A stretch of 55,283 nt of DNA. Source: Pseudomonadota bacterium. Lineage in GTDB: Bacteria > Bdellovibrionota > FAC87 > UBA2466. The notes beneath the pieces are model-generated. The model saw nothing but the letters and a program-made list of their open reading frames with translations, was not told the DNA's origin and did no database searches. Made by a program: the position numbers and the translations under genes. The stretch lies in NCBI GenBank assembly GCA_043767805.1, contig JAYUGC010000146.1, positions 1 through 55,283 on the forward strand, in the 5' to 3' direction. Below, one piece after another: positions 54,886-55,283 of this stretch; positions within the stretch are counted from its first letter, which is position 1, and each line of letters opens with the position of its first letter.

Positions 54886-55283
54886 GTGCTCACCCAAAAA
54901 CTCAAGACAACCGACCTCTTTCATCTGTTTCTCTGCGTCCTGCTTTTTCCTCTGTTTGCGCTTCACGCGGAGCCGAAAGACGACGACTCGCGCCCGGTTC
55001 CCGCCCTGCGAGCCTTGGTGGCGGCCGCGCGGCCCGCGGTCCATGGGGTCCTCGCCTGGAACTTCGACTGGGACGACAACATCATGTTCATGAAGACGAA
55101 GATCATTGTCTTCAAAAAGGGCTCGACCGATCCGAACGACGAGAAGGAAGTCTCCACGGGTGATTTCGCCGTCGTCGAGCATCTGCTCGGCAAGAAAGAC
55201 ACCCCCTGGGAAAACTACGAGAAGCGGGATGGGCCGACACAGTCCTATCGCTATTTCCGGGATACCCGCGGCAAAAATAACTT
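54886..55283 (+). CDS. Partial (3'-truncated) exported HAD-like protein
   Basis: Open frame from GTG 54886 to the window end: MLTQKLKTTDLFHLFLCVLLFPLFALHA|EPKDD...WNFDWDDNIMFMKTKI...VSTGDFA...SYRYFRD. Signal peptide plus DxDD motif; absent from the ORF track. Confidence 0.7.
   Translation, partial: MLTQKLKTTDLFHLFLCVLLFPLFALHAEPKDDDSRPVPALRALVAAARPAVHGVLAWNFDWDDNIMFMKTKIIVFKKGSTDPNDEKEVSTGDFAVVEHLLGKKDTPWENYEKRDGPTQSYRYFRDTRGKNN

Overview
A gene-dense, moderately GC-rich bacterial chromosome segment. It is most consistent with a Bdellovibrionota-like organism (inferred from a TIGR02147/DUF4423 HTH gene and a delta-type T2SS). In order it holds: (1) a ROK sugar kinase divergent from an ABC exporter and two tandem DegT-type aminotransferases; (2) a signal-peptide-bearing Fic protein directly downstream of a type II secretion operon gspC-D-E-F-G-H-I-J-K-L-M-N; (3) DUF309, a tripartite RND/TolC pump whose adaptor lacks the alpha-hairpin, a beta-barrel OMP, and a TIGR02147 regulator divergent from a secreted protein; (4) tRNA-Lys(CTT) followed by REP-like hairpins, a secreted Gly/Tyr/Asn/Gln-rich low-complexity protein, a 54-aa very basic protein, an AlkZ-like protein, greB and gltX; (5) a putative trans-envelope cAMP signalling locus (Crp-like protein, OMP, TPR plus beta-barrel protein, FecR-domain protein, CHASE2 adenylate cyclase); (6) a PQQ-type dehydrogenase-diheme cytochrome fusion, a polyphosphate cluster (PHP, ppx, sixA, ppk1), a TIMP-like secreted protein and a truncated LysR; (7) a gamma-glutamylation-type operon (GS-like, Fe-ADH, ALDH), an L,D-transpeptidase, purT and a partial exported HAD-like gene. 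Sigma54-type -24/-12 motifs precede most of the secretion and secreted-protein genes. The best candidates for something new are the T2SS-linked secreted Fic protein with a possible degenerate ADP-ribosyltransferase domain, the five-gene cAMP module, and the secreted prion-like protein. No CRISPR array, rRNA, integrase or transposase was seen. All calls come from reading motifs by eye; no database searches were run.
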